From positions 395,526 through 459,525 of the forward strand of contig JBBDRP010000002.1 of assembly GCA_040905385.1 (NCBI GenBank): a stretch of DNA of 64,000 nucleotides, written 5' to 3'. Position numbers and translations under genes: made by a program. Source of the stretch: Minisyncoccota bacterium (GTDB lineage: Bacteria; Patescibacteriota; Minisyncoccia; Phycocordibacterales; SW-6-46-9). Below, piece by piece: positions 18,448 through 28,365 of this stretch (positions are counted from its first letter, which is position 1; every line of letters starts with the position of its first letter). The notes under the pieces are model-generated. The model was given only the letters and a program-made list of their open reading frames with translations, made no database searches and was not told the DNA's origin.

Positions 18448-18678
18448 ATGGAAAATGTGTTAATGGTATTTGCGCACATTATCATTGTGGGTATAACGAT
18501 CCCTGTTTTATATATTATTTATAAAACAAATCGTATCATTGCTATATGCTCAATCTTAATTGCTGGGGCGCTTATTATCTATTCTTTAATAAATAATATC
18601 GCTATGCCTATATCCTCACTTTCGATAATCTGGATAGTGGGGGTGGTAATGTATCTAAATGAAAAAATTGTCGGATAA
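18448..18678 (+). CDS. orphan ~3-TM membrane protein (76 aa; start reassigned to MENVL)
   Basis: SD TAGGAGGT within a leader repeated from 18075; terminator 18686-18718. Confidence 0.7.
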   Translation: MENVLMVFAHIIIVGITIPVLYIIYKTNRIIAICSILIAGALIIYSLINNIAMPISSLSIIWIVGVVMYLNEKIVG

Positions 18679-18899
18679 TTATAATTCTCGGTGTCTAATT
18701 TCTAGGCATCGAGATTTTATAAATAACTCAACCGGTTGAGTTATTTAGCTCTTTTCTAAAAATAATAATTATTTCAACGAGACAACGGGGTGTTCGTGTA
18801 TTATTTTAAATACGTATCTCGTTAGTTGATAAGCGAAGTATCATCGGCTCAAGCCGCTATATATTTTTGATTAGCTACTATATTTGCTAGAATACCCAT

Positions 18900-20681
18900 A
18901 TGAAATCAACCGAAATCAGACAGCGTTTCCTGGACTTTTTTAAAGACCGCGATCACGCGGTCATTCCATCAGCCAGTCTGATCCCGAAGGATGATCCGTC
19001 AGTACTGTTTACGACTGCCGGCATGCAGCCACTGGTGCCGTATCTCCTTGGTGGGAAGCATCCGGAAGGGAAGCGAGTCGTCAATGTCCAGAAGTGCGTG
19101 CGTACCCAGGATATCGAGGAGGTCGGGGATAAGACGCACGACACCTTTTTTGAGATGCTCGGTAACTGGTCGTTTGGTGACTACTTTAAAAAAGAAGCTA
19201 TTACCTGGAGCTATGAGTTCCTTACGGATGAGGAGGCCGGACTCGGGCTCGATCCTGATCGGCTTTACGTTACGTGTTTTGCTGGTAACGACGACGTGCC
19301 GCGTGATGAGGAGTCGGCTGAAATATGGCAATCACTTGGTGTTCCTGAGCACCGAATTTACTTCTTGAAAGAGAACTGGTGGTCTCCGGGACCAGACGGC
19401 CCGTGCGGACCGGATACCGAAATGTTTTATGATATTACTTCGGATGGATTAGGTGATCTCGATCTGCGTAGCTTTAAGGAAGCCGATGGTCGCCAGCAGG
19501 TGGTTGAGATCTGGAATGATGTTTTGATGGAGTATGAGAAGAAGGACGGCGAGGTTGTTGGCAAACTCGAACAACAGAATGTTGATACAGGGGCTGGTCT
19601 GGAGCGGCTGGCGATGGTACTACAGAGCGTCGACTCCATATTTGCCACTGATCTGTTCGCCCCGATAATGGAAAGAATCGATGAGCTTAAAGAGCAGGCG
19701 CACGAGCAGTCCGAGCGAATCGTGGCTGACCACATCCGTACCGCCAGCTTCATCATTGCTGCTGGGGTACAGCCGGACAATACCGGCCGTGGCTACGTCC
19801 TGCGCCGGCTGTTGCGCCGAGCGGTCCAGCACGCCGACAAACTCGGGATGCAGTCGGGGGATCTCCTTGAGCTTGTGCCGTCAGTTGTATCTATATACAA
19901 GAAGCCATATCCAGAAATATCCGATAATGAAGCCCTGATTGTCAGCACCATCGAGGAAGAGGAGGGAAGTTTTCGGGAGACACTTGAACGCGGCCGGGCA
20001 GAGTTTACAAAGATTAATGGCGACATCTCTGGGAAGCAGGCGTTTGACCTGTATCAGACTCACGGCCTGCCGCTGGAGATCACGCTGCAACTAGCTGAAG
20101 AGAAAGGAGTAGCAGTGGATGTGCCGGCCTTTGAGGAGGCAATGAAGGATCATAAGGAGAAGTCACAAGCCGCCGGTAGTAAACAGTTTGCTGGTGGACT
20201 GGCTGACAGTCAGGAGGAGACGGTGAAGCTACATACGGCTACTCATCTTTTGAATCAAGCGTTGCGGGATGTGTTGGGTGATCATGTGGCACAGGAAGGC
20301 TCCAACATTACGACCGAGCGTCTGCGGTTTGACTTTACGCATGACGAGGCTTTAACGGAGGAGGAGATCGCGGAGATTGAGCGGATTGTCAACGAAAAGA
20401 TTCAGTCTGGCCTGGAGGTTCGTTGTGAGGAACGCTCGGTAGAGCGGGCTAAGGAGAACGGAGCGATTTATCTACCGCAAGCGGATTACCCGGACACCGT
20501 GACGGTTTACGAAATGGCGCATCCCGAGTCTCATGAACATGGAGGCGTTATCTACTCTCGAGAGATCTGTATGGGTCCGCATGTTGAGAACACACGCGAT
20601 CTGGGAACCTTTAAGATCACAAAAGAAGAGTCGAGCTCAGCCGGTATTCGCCGAATCAAGGCTATCCTAGAATCTACATAA
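18900..20681 (+). CDS. alaS: alanine--tRNA ligase (short, no C-Ala domain)
   Basis: FTTAGMQPL, FFEMLGNWSFGDYFK, HTATHLL, CMGPHV; ends at GIRRIKA. Confidence 0.97.
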   Translation: MKSTEIRQRFLDFFKDRDHAVIPSASLIPKDDPSVLFTTAGMQPLVPYLLGGKHPEGKRVVNVQKCVRTQDIEEVGDKTHDTFFEMLGNWSFGDYFKKEAITWSYEFLTDEEAGLGLDPDRLYVTCFAGNDDVPRDEESAEIWQSLGVPEHRIYFLKENWWSPGPDGPCGPDTEMFYDITSDGLGDLDLRSFKEADGRQQVVEIWNDVLMEYEKKDGEVVGKLEQQNVDTGAGLERLAMVLQSVDSIFATDLFAPIMERIDELKEQAHEQSERIVADHIRTASFIIAAGVQPDNTGRGYVLRRLLRRAVQHADKLGMQSGDLLELVPSVVSIYKKPYPEISDNEALIVSTIEEEEGSFRETLERGRAEFTKINGDISGKQAFDLYQTHGLPLEITLQLAEEKGVAVDVPAFEEAMKDHKEKSQAAGSKQFAGGLADSQEETVKLHTATHLLNQALRDVLGDHVAQEGSNITTERLRFDFTHDEALTEEEIAEIERIVNEKIQSGLEVRCEERSVERAKENGAIYLPQADYPDTVTVYEMAHPESHEHGGVIYSREICMGPHVENTRDLGTFKITKEESSSAGIRRIKAILEST

Positions 20682-20904
20682 TCTTCTAATTTGCGAGCAT
20701 ATGTGCCGGCTTGAGCCGTTTAATAAAGATGGCTATCTGAAAAAAATTTCTTTATACAAACCTCACGAGAGGAGGAGTTCGTTAAGTTAAGCGATTTAGA
20801 AATATAAAATTTCTAAATCGGTATTCGCACGGTTTCCTTACATTTAATTATATGGAATTAATATAAAGTTAGTGGAGTTTAAAGTGTGCTAATATTATAA
20901 GTAC

Positions 20905-22068
20905 ATGGGTTTCTTTACGAAAAAATCTTCATCGCGAGCCGCCGTTGTTTACGACATTAGTGATAACAGCGTGGCAGCGGCCTTTGTTGCTACTGATAAG
21001 AAGTTGCCAGAGATATTCTGGTCGCGTCGGTATCCTGTGGTTGTAAATAAGGATCATGGTCATAACTCCTACACCCGCGCTTTACGCCGAGCACTCGAGG
21101 TTCTGCAGCGAGATGTTCTGAAGACCGGACTTCCGCTTCTGAACCGACTCGGTATAGAGACTGATTCGCTGACGGTGAAGTGCGTTCTGTCATCTGGATG
21201 GCATACGGCCGATACTATTACGTCGCGTCTACATACGGGCGAAGCATTTATACCGGGTACGCATCATATAGAGAAGGCGCAGCAGCAGGCACATGATGAT
21301 TTCGTTTCTCGTTATGGCGATGCATTTTACGGTGATGATCCGGCACACCTTAGCCACCGCTTACTCGGTATTCACGGTGATGGTCAACCAGCTATGCTGT
21401 CGCGAAAGCGTCCGGTAGAGAAGCTGGACGTTCATATGTATATCAGTAAGGCACCACAGATGGTGCAGCAGATTCTCGAGTCACAGCTTGGGCAAACCTT
21501 TAATCGGGAAAGCATTGATTATCATTCTGGGTACGAGACAGTAAATGATGCCTTGATGGGAGCTGATCGCAGTCTACGAGATTTTCTCGTGATACTTCCG
21601 AGCCGACGTAAAACCGATGTACTACATACGGCCGGTGGCACAATTCGCGGTATCTCTTCATCACCGCTTGGTGAGGACTTTATGATCCGCACAATTTCTA
21701 AGGCATTCAATCGACCAGTATCTGACATTCGATCTCGAATTGAGCTGCATCGGCAGCAGCGTCATCATCCTGATTCTGCTCAGGAGATGGACATTGCACT
21801 GAGTGAAATATCCCGTCGCTGGACGGAGTCGGTCTACGAAAGTATGAGAGCTGCCAGCAACGGATCACTGCCGCAGCAGGCGTACCTTATGCTTCCGGCT
21901 ACAAAGACCAGTATTGTATTTGCTGACTTTGCATCCCGTCTCCTTGATAAGGCGCCGAGTCTGGAAGTATTTCTTATCAACCAGGAGCGATTCAGTGATT
22001 ACGTGCAGAATTACAACAAATCCGATCATACTCTCACAGTCAGTGTGCTTGGATCTTGTGGATATTAA
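20905..22068 (+). CDS. hypothetical protein, possible degenerate FtsA/PilM actin-like fold
   Basis: VVYDISDNSV near N-terminus; SSPLGEDFMIRTISKAF. Confidence 0.45.
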   Translation: MGFFTKKSSSRAAVVYDISDNSVAAAFVATDKKLPEIFWSRRYPVVVNKDHGHNSYTRALRRALEVLQRDVLKTGLPLLNRLGIETDSLTVKCVLSSGWHTADTITSRLHTGEAFIPGTHHIEKAQQQAHDDFVSRYGDAFYGDDPAHLSHRLLGIHGDGQPAMLSRKRPVEKLDVHMYISKAPQMVQQILESQLGQTFNRESIDYHSGYETVNDALMGADRSLRDFLVILPSRRKTDVLHTAGGTIRGISSSPLGEDFMIRTISKAFNRPVSDIRSRIELHRQQRHHPDSAQEMDIALSEISRRWTESVYESMRAASNGSLPQQAYLMLPATKTSIVFADFASRLLDKAPSLEVFLINQERFSDYVQNYNKSDHTLTVSVLGSCGY

Positions 22069-22097
22069 TCAGCTTTAACGTGATATACTAGCAATCA

Positions 22098-23384
22098 ATG
22101 AGCAAATCTGTATCAGGGATAACACAACGAAATAAACGCTCCATTCAGGAGATTCAGCGTCATCGTGAGGATTCAGGTGGCGGAGGTAGCCGTAATGGGG
22201 GAGATAATGATCATCATAATGGACCAGAGTATCAACCACCGGGACGACATGACTCACAGCGAGCTGCTACCTTTGGGATCTGGTTTGTTGGGGTTGTTAG
22301 TATCTTTTTTGTATTCTTTCTCTTCTCGGTTCTTTTTGCTGAGACGACTGTGACGGTTTACCCCGAGACTGCTGATATTAACATTGACGAAACGTACACT
22401 GCTTCTAACGCTAATGATGTAGACGGCGTACCATTTTCAGTTGTAACCGCCAAGGAGTCTATTGCGGTGAATGCCACGACAACCGGTACTGAGTATCGCG
22501 AGCAGGCGGCATCTGGTGAGATAACAATTTATAATGACTACTCAAACGAGACAATTCGTTTAGTACCGAATACACGTTTTCAGACTGATGAGGAGCTAAT
22601 CTATCGGACCAGCGAAGCCATCACCGTCCCGGGTCAGATGTCTGATGGTACTCCAGGCACGGTGATTGCCACAGTAACTGCAGATGAGCCGGGTGCTGAC
22701 TACAACGTTTCTAATATCAGGTTCTCAATTCCTGGCTTTGCGGATACGGTGTACGAGGAAGATGTATATGCTGAGTCGAACGGAGATATTTCTGGCGGCA
22801 TTGCTGGGGATGTACCGATTGTAGCCACCAGTACCCGTCAGGCTTTAGAAGAAGAGGTTGGTGATCAACTTCGAAGTCAACTACAAACATCAGTAGAGGC
22901 AGAACTTCCGGATGGATTTATTCTTTATGATGACGCTATGTTCTTTTCTACCAGCCTTGGTACTGATGACGAAGATGATACTACATTAGCTGTGGAGGGT
23001 GAGTTGCAGGCAGTTGTATTTGACGGTCGTCAGTTGTCGACATTCCTGGCCACTAACTATAGTGATGATATTTCACCGCAATCTAATATACGGATTCAGA
23101 ATTTGGAGGATTTTGTTTTTGAGATTATTGATCGTGAATCTTATACACCGTCTGAGGGATCAAGTTTCGAATTTTCATTACAAGGTGATTCACAAATTGT
23201 CTGGCAGTTTGATGAGCGGGCACTGGTCCGTGATCTCCGTGGTTTGCAGAAGGATCGGCTGAATGAAGTGTTAGTAAATTACGACAGCATTCAGGAGGCA
23301 GAGGTAGTAACCCGACCATTCTGGAAGCAGAATCTGCCGGATGATGCAGCTGAGATCGGTGTCCAGACAGTAATTGATCGCTAA
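22098..23384 (+). CDS. single-TM acidic protein with baseplate-J-like region
   Basis: ASGEITIYN, TRFQT, ATVTADEPGADYNV, ISGG motifs. Confidence 0.55.
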   Translation: MSKSVSGITQRNKRSIQEIQRHREDSGGGGSRNGGDNDHHNGPEYQPPGRHDSQRAATFGIWFVGVVSIFFVFFLFSVLFAETTVTVYPETADINIDETYTASNANDVDGVPFSVVTAKESIAVNATTTGTEYREQAASGEITIYNDYSNETIRLVPNTRFQTDEELIYRTSEAITVPGQMSDGTPGTVIATVTADEPGADYNVSNIRFSIPGFADTVYEEDVYAESNGDISGGIAGDVPIVATSTRQALEEEVGDQLRSQLQTSVEAELPDGFILYDDAMFFSTSLGTDDEDDTTLAVEGELQAVVFDGRQLSTFLATNYSDDISPQSNIRIQNLEDFVFEIIDRESYTPSEGSSFEFSLQGDSQIVWQFDERALVRDLRGLQKDRLNEVLVNYDSIQEAEVVTRPFWKQNLPDDAAEIGVQTVIDR

Positions 23385-23427
23385 GTATTGACGTAGCCCG
23401 CTCATTTGCTACAATTGCAGTCGTCTA

Positions 23428-23640
23428 ATGGCAAAAAAACCAGAAGAAACAAAGAAAGCTACTGTCATAGAAGCATTGCCAAATGCGATGTTTCGTATTC
23501 AGACTGAAGACGACGAGGAGCTCCTCGGATACTTAGCAGGAAAGATGAAGCGCTATCACATCCGCGTACTGATAGGGGATGAGATACAGTACGTCGAGAA
23601 TCCTTACGGTGGAAAAGTTCGTATTACCCGCCGTCTCTAG
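23428..23640 (+). CDS. infA: translation initiation factor IF-1
   Basis: [27 protein letters not shown]. Confidence 0.95.
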   Translation: MAKKPEETKKATVIEALPNAMFRIQTEDDEELLGYLAGKMKRYHIRVLIGDEIQYVENPYGGKVRITRRL

Positions 23641-23666
23641 GTCACTGCTTTTGTTGCTATTTAATT

Positions 23667-23780
23667 ATGAAAGTAAAAGCCTCAGTAAAAAAACGTTGTC
23701 CGAAGTGTAAAGTCGTCCGCCGGAAAGGGCGGGTGTATGTGACGTGTGAGAACCCACGCCACAAGCAACGCCAGGGGTAA
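23667..23780 (+). CDS. rpmJ: 50S ribosomal protein L36 (not in ORF track)
   Basis: [37 protein letters not shown]. Confidence 0.97.
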   Translation: MKVKASVKKRCPKCKVVRRKGRVYVTCENPRHKQRQG

Positions 23781-23790
23781 GTAAATCACT

Positions 23791-24174
23791 ATGCGAATCG
23801 AAGGAATTACAATTAATGATAATGCACATCTGGCCGTTGGCCTTACGACTATTTTTGGTGTTGGTCGTTCGCGAGCAGAAGAAATTTTGGATGCGATTAA
23901 TGTTTCCTACGATACAAAGCCTACTGAGCTTACGGAGGAGCAGGACAAGAAACTACGGCAGAAGCTTGAGGATTACTCACTGGAAGGTGACCTCCGTCGT
24001 CAGAAAGAGTCTGACATCAAACGTCTCAAGGACATCAAGGCTTACCGAGGTACGCGTCACTCAAAAAATCTTCCGGCGCGCGGACAGAATACACAAACAA
24101 ACTCACGAACGAATCGTCCATACAAGGGTTATAAAACAGCTGGTTCTGGTAAGCGTTCAGTAGAAAAGAAATAA
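23791..24174 (+). CDS. rpsM: 30S ribosomal protein S13
   Basis: LTTIFGVGR, LEGDLRR, LPARGQNT. Confidence 0.96.
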   Translation: MRIEGITINDNAHLAVGLTTIFGVGRSRAEEILDAINVSYDTKPTELTEEQDKKLRQKLEDYSLEGDLRRQKESDIKRLKDIKAYRGTRHSKNLPARGQNTQTNSRTNRPYKGYKTAGSGKRSVEKK

Positions 24175-24220
24175 GTGAGTGCACAAAATCACTAGATAAT
24201 ATAATTTATAATTTTTTCAC

Positions 24221-24658
24221 ATGGGTAAAAAAAGAGTAGCCGAAAAAAAAGGAACAGTAGTTAACACGAAGTCGCGCGCTGAGGAATTTAAGCGTACGAC
24301 CAAACGACAGCTTACCGCTGTGGTTCTTCATATTCGCGCTACGCAGAACAATACCCAGGTAACGCTGACTGATCCTGAAGGTGATGTTATTTTTACCTCA
24401 TCATCTGGTGCTCTTGGTTTTCGTGGAGCTAAGAAAGGAACTCCGTTTGCAGCAGCCAAGGTTGGTGAGCTTGTTGGGGCCAAGGCCAAGGCACTGAATG
24501 CGAAGACTGCTAGAGTTGTAGTGAAGGGAACTGGTTCAGGTCGTGAGTCACCAATTCGGGCCTTTATGAATACAAGTGATGCATCGGTGACGGAGATTTG
24601 TGATGCAACACCAATTCCACACGGTGGAAACCGACCAAAGAAGCCTCGGCGAGTGTAA
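24221..24658 (+). CDS. rpsK: 30S ribosomal protein S11
   Basis: GFRGAKKGTPFAA, TPIPHGGNRPKKPRRV. Confidence 0.96.
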   Translation: MGKKRVAEKKGTVVNTKSRAEEFKRTTKRQLTAVVLHIRATQNNTQVTLTDPEGDVIFTSSSGALGFRGAKKGTPFAAAKVGELVGAKAKALNAKTARVVVKGTGSGRESPIRAFMNTSDASVTEICDATPIPHGGNRPKKPRRV

Positions 24659-24683
24659 TAAATACCTATTAAAATTACTTACT

Positions 24684-25292
24684 ATGCAAATCGGACCACG
24701 ATACAAAATATGTAAACGACTCGGATCTGGTGTTTTTCAGAAGTGTCAGACACAGAAGTTTGAAACTGCGAAATCTCGTGGTGAGAAGCGTGGTGGACGT
24801 CCGCGCCGGCAATCAAATTACGGTGCTCAACTAGTAGAAAAGCAGAAGGTTCGTTACAGCTACGGTATTGAGGAGAAGCAGTTCCGTCGCTATATTAAAG
24901 GCGCTGTGTCCCAAAACCGCCGACGACCAGTAACTGCACTGTACCAGGATCTCGAATCTCGACTTGATAATGTCGTCTTTCGTGCTGGATTTGCCAAAAG
25001 TCGCCAGATGGCCCGACAGCTGGTCGTACATGGGCACATTTTTGTGGATGGTAAGCGTGTTGATGTACCTTCATATACGGTTAAGACAGGAGACAAGATA
25101 CATGTACGTGAGCAGAGTCAGGACAAGGGGCCATTTGTTGAAGCCAAGGAGAATCTTGAGGGTTTCACTGCACCAGCCTGGCTATCTGTTGATCGCTCTA
25201 ACCTAACAGTTGAGCTCCAAGCAGCACCAAACTATGACCCAACAGTGGAAATCTTCGATCTTACTTCAGTCATCGAGTTCTACAGTCGATAA
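24684..25292 (+). CDS. rpsD: 30S ribosomal protein S4
   Basis: GPRYKICKRLG, LESRLDNVVFR, ARQLVVHGH, IEFYSR. Confidence 0.96.
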   Translation: MQIGPRYKICKRLGSGVFQKCQTQKFETAKSRGEKRGGRPRRQSNYGAQLVEKQKVRYSYGIEEKQFRRYIKGAVSQNRRRPVTALYQDLESRLDNVVFRAGFAKSRQMARQLVVHGHIFVDGKRVDVPSYTVKTGDKIHVREQSQDKGPFVEAKENLEGFTAPAWLSVDRSNLTVELQAAPNYDPTVEIFDLTSVIEFYSR

Positions 25293-25400
25293 GAAACTGT
25301 TTAGAGTCTCTAACAGTTTCTAAGTTTGCAAAGCAGTCAAAAATACGGTACTCTTTGACTGTTTGAAATACATTTTATGCGTTAACGTAAATATATTAGA

Positions 25401-26375
25401 ATGCCTCTGTCAACAAACATCTCATTTCCATCAAAACCCGAAGTCGTGAAGGAAGAAGGTTTTCAAGGAAAGTATAAAATAGACGGTCTGTATCCCGGAT
25501 ATGGTTACACGCTTGGTAATTCCTTGCGTCGTATCATCCTGTCTTCACTACCAGGAACAGCCATTACTGCCATTAAAATTGAGGGTGTCGAGCATGAGTT
25601 TTCCACGCTTGATGGGGTAAAGGAAGACGTCATCACTATGATGATGAATCTCAAGAATGTTCGTTTTAAAGCCAGCACAGACGAGCCGCAAACTGCTACA
25701 TTGTCAGCTAGCGGAGTGGGCGAGGTCACGGCTGGTGATATTGACGTACCCGGCCAACTTGAGGTCATTAATGATGATCTTGTCATTGCTAATATTACTG
25801 ACAAAGGTACAAACTTAGAAATTGAGATGAAAATTGAGAGTGGACTTGGGTATGTTAGCAAGGAAGATCACAAGCAGGAGAAGGTAAGTGCTGGAGAAAT
25901 TGCCGTTGACGCTAACTTTAGTCCGATTCGATTGGTAAACTACGAAGTTGAAGAGATGCGTGTTGGTGACCGAACCGACTACAACCGTCTTGAGATTACT
26001 ATCGAGACAGATGGCACGTTGTCACCACGAGAGGCACTTGAGACCTCAATACTGACAATGATTCGTCAACTGCAGGCGATTATTGATATTCAGGAACCAG
26101 TACGCGGACCAGTACCAGATGAACCAGAAGAAGTAGAGGAAGACATCGAAGACACTGACAGTGAATTAGCTGAATTTCTGAAGACACGTATTGAGAACCT
26201 TGATCTGCCAACTCGTACTACGAATGCGCTAGAACGTGCTAGTATCCGTACGGCTGGTGGACTTGTCAAAAAGACACGCTCTGATTTGCTGGTTGTCGAT
26301 GGCCTGGGAAAGAAGGGTGTAGATGAAATCGAGGACATGCTCGAGGATAACAACGCTTCGCTGTCAGAGTCATAG
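25401..26375 (+). CDS. rpoA: RNA polymerase alpha subunit
   Basis: GYGYTLGNSLRRIILSSLPG, alpha-CTD. Confidence 0.97.
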   Translation: MPLSTNISFPSKPEVVKEEGFQGKYKIDGLYPGYGYTLGNSLRRIILSSLPGTAITAIKIEGVEHEFSTLDGVKEDVITMMMNLKNVRFKASTDEPQTATLSASGVGEVTAGDIDVPGQLEVINDDLVIANITDKGTNLEIEMKIESGLGYVSKEDHKQEKVSAGEIAVDANFSPIRLVNYEVEEMRVGDRTDYNRLEITIETDGTLSPREALETSILTMIRQLQAIIDIQEPVRGPVPDEPEEVEEDIEDTDSELAEFLKTRIENLDLPTRTTNALERASIRTAGGLVKKTRSDLLVVDGLGKKGVDEIEDMLEDNNASLSES

Positions 26376-26387
26376 AAATTTTTTATT

Positions 26388-26747
26388 ATGAAGCATCACA
26401 CGAAACAAAAAAAACTTGGTCGTGTAAAGAATCAGCGCAAGGCATTGCTGTGTTCGTTGACTGAGGCGTTGGTTGATCACGGTCAAATTACGACTACCGA
26501 AGCCAAGGCCAAAGCATTGCGACCATTTGTAGAGAAATTGATTACGAAGGCTCGAGCAGGTGATGATCAGCAGACGCGTCGCTTGCTAATCAAGCGTTTA
26601 AATGGCCGCAAGGAGACAGCTGCCAAGCTTATCCAGGATATTGCCCCTCAGTACAAGGATAGAAATGGTGGATATACACGAATAGTAAAGCTTCCGCCGC
26701 GAAAGAGTGATAGTGCAAAGCAGGCGATCATTCAGTTTGTTTCCTAA
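26388..26747 (+). CDS. rplQ: 50S ribosomal protein L17
   Basis: ITTTEAKAKALRPFVEKLIT, GGYTRI. Confidence 0.96.
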   Translation: MKHHTKQKKLGRVKNQRKALLCSLTEALVDHGQITTTEAKAKALRPFVEKLITKARAGDDQQTRRLLIKRLNGRKETAAKLIQDIAPQYKDRNGGYTRIVKLPPRKSDSAKQAIIQFVS

Positions 26748-26757
26748 ATTTTATATT

Positions 26758-27111
26758 ATGCCAACAGATTCACACACAATTGATGCAACCGGAGAGAAGC
26801 TTGGACGTCTCGCGTCTCAGGTCGCCACGATACTAATGGGAAAGGATCGAGTCGATTTCGCCCGTAACCAGGTAGCCGACGTTACCGTGACAATTGAAAA
26901 TGCCTCGAAATTGGATATTACGGCTGACCGTTTGGACAATAAAGTTTATGACCGTTTCTCAGGGTATCCTGGTGGCCGCAAAGAGGAAACAGCCCGCGAA
27001 GTTGTTGAAAAAAAGGGATACGGAGAGTTGATTCGACGAGCAGTTCGTGGAATGCTTCCGGACAACAAGCTAAAGGATCCAACCATGAAAAACCTTATTA
27101 TTACGGAGTAG
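26758..27111 (+). CDS. rplM: 50S ribosomal protein L13
   Basis: IDATGEKLGRLASQVA, SGYPGG, AVRGMLP. Confidence 0.95.
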   Translation: MPTDSHTIDATGEKLGRLASQVATILMGKDRVDFARNQVADVTVTIENASKLDITADRLDNKVYDRFSGYPGGRKEETAREVVEKKGYGELIRRAVRGMLPDNKLKDPTMKNLIITE

Positions 27112-27185
27112 TTAACGCTTGATACGGATTGAAATCAAGTCAAATATTTAGTAAAATACTTATGATGATCGATTACGATAAAAAA

Positions 27186-27584
27186 ATGACAGGAGAATAT
27201 ATTGAATCAGTTGGCCGCCGCAAGACGGCGACTGCGAGAGTGCGAATGTTTAAAGCTAAAAAGACTGAGGTTATCGTAAACGGTCAGCCTGTCGAGGAAT
27301 ACTTTCCGACCGAAGAAATGCAGTTAATGACAAAAGAGCCATTCACTACCGTAGAAGAACTAGCTGATCCATTTTTTGTTTCAGTTCATGTTTCAGGTAG
27401 TGGTTTGTCCGGGCAGGCACAAGCAGTACGTCACGGTATTTCCCGTGCGCTGGTTGATTTCTCAAGTGAAGCAAAAAAACCACTAAAGGACAAAGGATTT
27501 CTCAAGCGTGACCCACGAATGGTTGAGCGAAAGAAGCCAGGAAGAAAGAAGGCCCGAAAGTCATCACAATGGTCTAAGCGATAA
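27186..27584 (+). CDS. rpsI: 30S ribosomal protein S9 (start could be 27165)
   Basis: GRRKTATARV, RDPRMVERKKPG, QWSKR. Confidence 0.95.
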   Translation: MTGEYIESVGRRKTATARVRMFKAKKTEVIVNGQPVEEYFPTEEMQLMTKEPFTTVEELADPFFVSVHVSGSGLSGQAQAVRHGISRALVDFSSEAKKPLKDKGFLKRDPRMVERKKPGRKKARKSSQWSKR

Positions 27585-27702
27585 GTTACTATTACGCTAG
27601 CTTATGTATGAAAAATATACTGTATTTTTCATACGAACAAGGTCATCTAGTGTCACAAGATCCTAGCACCCTAATTTCCTAAAAACCTAATCTCCTAGAA
27701 TT

Positions 27703-28320
27703 ATGGCGGATACTGAGGATAAAGAAACACAGCAAGATCCTGAAGAAAACGCAACTGTCGACGCTGAGACTGATGGTGAGTATGTTATTGAGGAAGAGAA
27801 TGATGGAGATCATACCGACAGCGATAATCAGTCAAAAGACACTGTCAGCCGACTGAGAGAGAAGCTGAAGCAGTGTGTATCTGAAAAGCAGGAGTATCTT
27901 GATGGTTGGCAGCGGGCCAAGGCCGACATGGTTAACACACGTAAGGAGTTTGCAAGGGAGCGTGAGCGGATGAAGGAACGCACAACCGAGGAGGTGATTG
28001 CCTCGATTCTACCAGTCCTAGACTCATTTGAGATGGCTTTTGCTGATAAGGACAAATGGAATGAGGTTGAGGAGCAGTGGCGATCAGGAGTTGAGCATAT
28101 ACACACGCAGCTCGTTAATGTGCTCAAGTCACATGGTGTTGAGTCAATTATTCCCGGCGAGGGCGATGCTTTTAGTCCACAGCAGCATACATCGGTCGAT
28201 ACGATGGCTGCAGCGAGTGCGGATCAGGATGATACGGTGGCTCGCTGTGAGAAGACTGGTTACCGTATCGGTGATCGCATCATCCGCAGTGCAAATGTTG
28301 TGGTTTATAAATCAGAGTAG
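27703..28320 (+). CDS. grpE: nucleotide exchange factor GrpE
   Basis: WQRAKAD, LPVLDSFE, GYRIGDRIIR. Confidence 0.93.
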   Translation: MADTEDKETQQDPEENATVDAETDGEYVIEEENDGDHTDSDNQSKDTVSRLREKLKQCVSEKQEYLDGWQRAKADMVNTRKEFARERERMKERTTEEVIASILPVLDSFEMAFADKDKWNEVEEQWRSGVEHIHTQLVNVLKSHGVESIIPGEGDAFSPQQHTSVDTMAAASADQDDTVARCEKTGYRIGDRIIRSANVVVYKSE

Positions 28321-28365
28321 TTTAAACATATTTACGTATTATCAAGTAATTAATCATTACCTATC

